Origin: Harriotta raleighana
Taxonomy: Eukaryota
Length of the DNA stretch: 64,000 nt
Reading direction: 5' to 3'
NCBI GenBank assembly: GCA_050575255.1
Contig: JBNZDD010013726.1
Coordinates: forward strand, 1,900,409-1,964,408
Both the position numbers and the translations under genes were made by a program. The notes beneath the pieces are model-generated. The model did not search any database and had not been told where the DNA came from. It saw only the letters and a list, made by a program, of their open reading frames with translations. How positions within the stretch are numbered: position 1 is the first letter of the stretch; each line of letters starts with the position of its first letter. Positions 62,363 to 64,000 of this stretch are shown piece after piece.

Positions 62363-64000
62363 CTGGACGTTTAGGAAGAAAATCATGATCATTCATTGCT
62401 TAAATTGCAAAATGAATTGCAATAAAATCAATTTGAAATGATAGAATATAGATGAGGAAAGCCAAAGATTAAGATACACAGAAGTATAACGATTTGCTTT
62501 GGGGGGGAAAAAAAACTTAAGACCTCATGCACAAGCACTTAATTATTTTGAGAATAGACCCATTAGATATTTGACGTCTACTTTACCCAACTTTGGTCTA
62601 TGTGCACAGTAAAATGCATTAACTCTGTAGATAACCTGTATACTTGCTTTCATTGGAGCGAGGTAGATTAAATACATATTACATTATCTATGTATATATG
62701 CATTATTACAATAGTAACAGTAGCAATAAACTACAAATAATATTGAAACATAGGTAATGATTTCAAACTAAAATTAAATGTGCTTTCAACCACTTTCTAG
62801 AGATTATTCTAACAATAAAGACAAACAATTTAAAGTTACAATTAGAGCGGTTATTAGATTTAAACATACTTAAAATTCCAGCCCAAATTAAAGTGTCCCC
62901 ATGCTCCCATTAACACTAATTATTTCCTCTAAACAAGAAACCATGGAACATCCCTCTGCAGAGCAAGTTGAATAAAGCTGTTCATTTAATCTTGGAAATA
63001 TTCCAAAATCCAATATAGCCTACAGAGTGCCAACAGAAGCATGGTTCACAATAGAACTTCTGGCCAGAGCGCCACTGACAGTTTAGTGAGCAAATGCATC
63101 ACCCAGCGTGATAGAGCCATACAAATTAGAATGGTTCCACAATCCATTCCAGTTTGTCTTAGCTAATTTCAGCTAGGCTGAAGGTTAGTAGAGGGCTGCT
63201 TAAATTTGCCTCAACATCCTGGGTTCAAAGAAAAGAGGGGAAATGAACCAGGGTCTCCTGCTTGCTATCTAATCATTCCTCCCCTTCAAAAGCAGCAGCC
63301 TCTCCCATGGTTGAATAGCCTGCCGACACTCACTGCTGCTGCCCTTGGAACCCACCATGAGTCAGCACCTTCAGGAAAGGAGAGAAGAAAATTAGTAACC
63401 GATGCCAAACTATTTTCTCCTCCCGATCACAAATTTAATAAATCCACAAAATACAAAAATATATTTTAAAATGGTATCAATACTTATGGTACCATCTCTA
63501 GATTATACTGCCAATTACAGTGGATGTACTCGGTTTACTATTGTGAAGCATGTTCCTGACTGAATTTAACAGTTCCAAATATAACTAGATTGAACCTACT
63601 ATTGAAATGTGAATGCTTTATTTTACAAGTTTCACAAGTGAGTCCTCTCATCTCACTAAGTAGACTAATTCACTGCAAAACTTAATCTTAATCCTACAAT
63701 AGCACCTGAAGCATTTATATACAGTTATAAAGTTTATACGTTAATAAGAATTCACAATTTAACAACACTCATTGAATGAAGTTGCACAGTTTATTGGTAT
63801 GGATATTACTGTAGACGTTTTAGAATCAAAACATGGACTAGAACTGGTACACATTCCAGCAAGAGCCAATATAATAGATTATACAGCAGGTGTTCCTATA
63901 TACTGTCCGGGCAATTCCCACAGTTGGACATAAAACAAATGCAGCACAGAGATTAACATGAACATTCATCTTTAGGAAGCAGATGCTTAGCAATAAAACT

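Noticed and set aside
63100-63420. Possible ancient SINE-like remnant (similar weak pieces at ~53160-53350 and ~8860-9110)
   Set aside because: Too degraded to assign boundaries or a family by eye.
1-64000. CRISPR arrays, prokaryotic operons, rRNA or viral genes
   Set aside because: No repeat-spacer arrays or long intronless ORFs; the window is spliced vertebrate gene territory.

Overview
Vertebrate genomic DNA, AT-rich and intron-dominated. The repeat content (Deu-domain and tRNA-head SINEs with L2-type tails, L2/CR1 LINE fragments, Tigger/pogo-like MITEs) suggests a cartilaginous fish; this is an inference. The + strand carries the 3' half of cadherin-23 (CDH23): 32 coding exons from 7704 to the stop at 46965, all with GT-AG junctions and a continuous frame, covering the later EC repeats, the transmembrane helix, the cytoplasmic tail, the hair-cell 'exon 68' and the ITEL PDZ-binding end. 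The - strand carries a complete 5-exon BLOC1S2 (49780-54081, CpG-island promoter with CLEAR/E-boxes) and the 3' part of a divergent hnRNP D/DL/AB-family gene (RRM2, RGG, Y/G-rich region, PY-NLS) with a conserved 3'-UTR NMD poison exon. Not visible in the ORF track: a probable signal-peptide first exon of nested VSIR/VISTA (3143-3218, -), an intron-encoded N-terminus matching the cytosolic CDH23-C isoform, a candidate 30-nt in-frame CDH23 microexon, a 120-bp near-perfect palindrome and several local duplications. The hnRNP gene may be a whole-genome-duplication ohnologue missing from mammals. Orthologue comparisons are from recalled sequences, not database searches.
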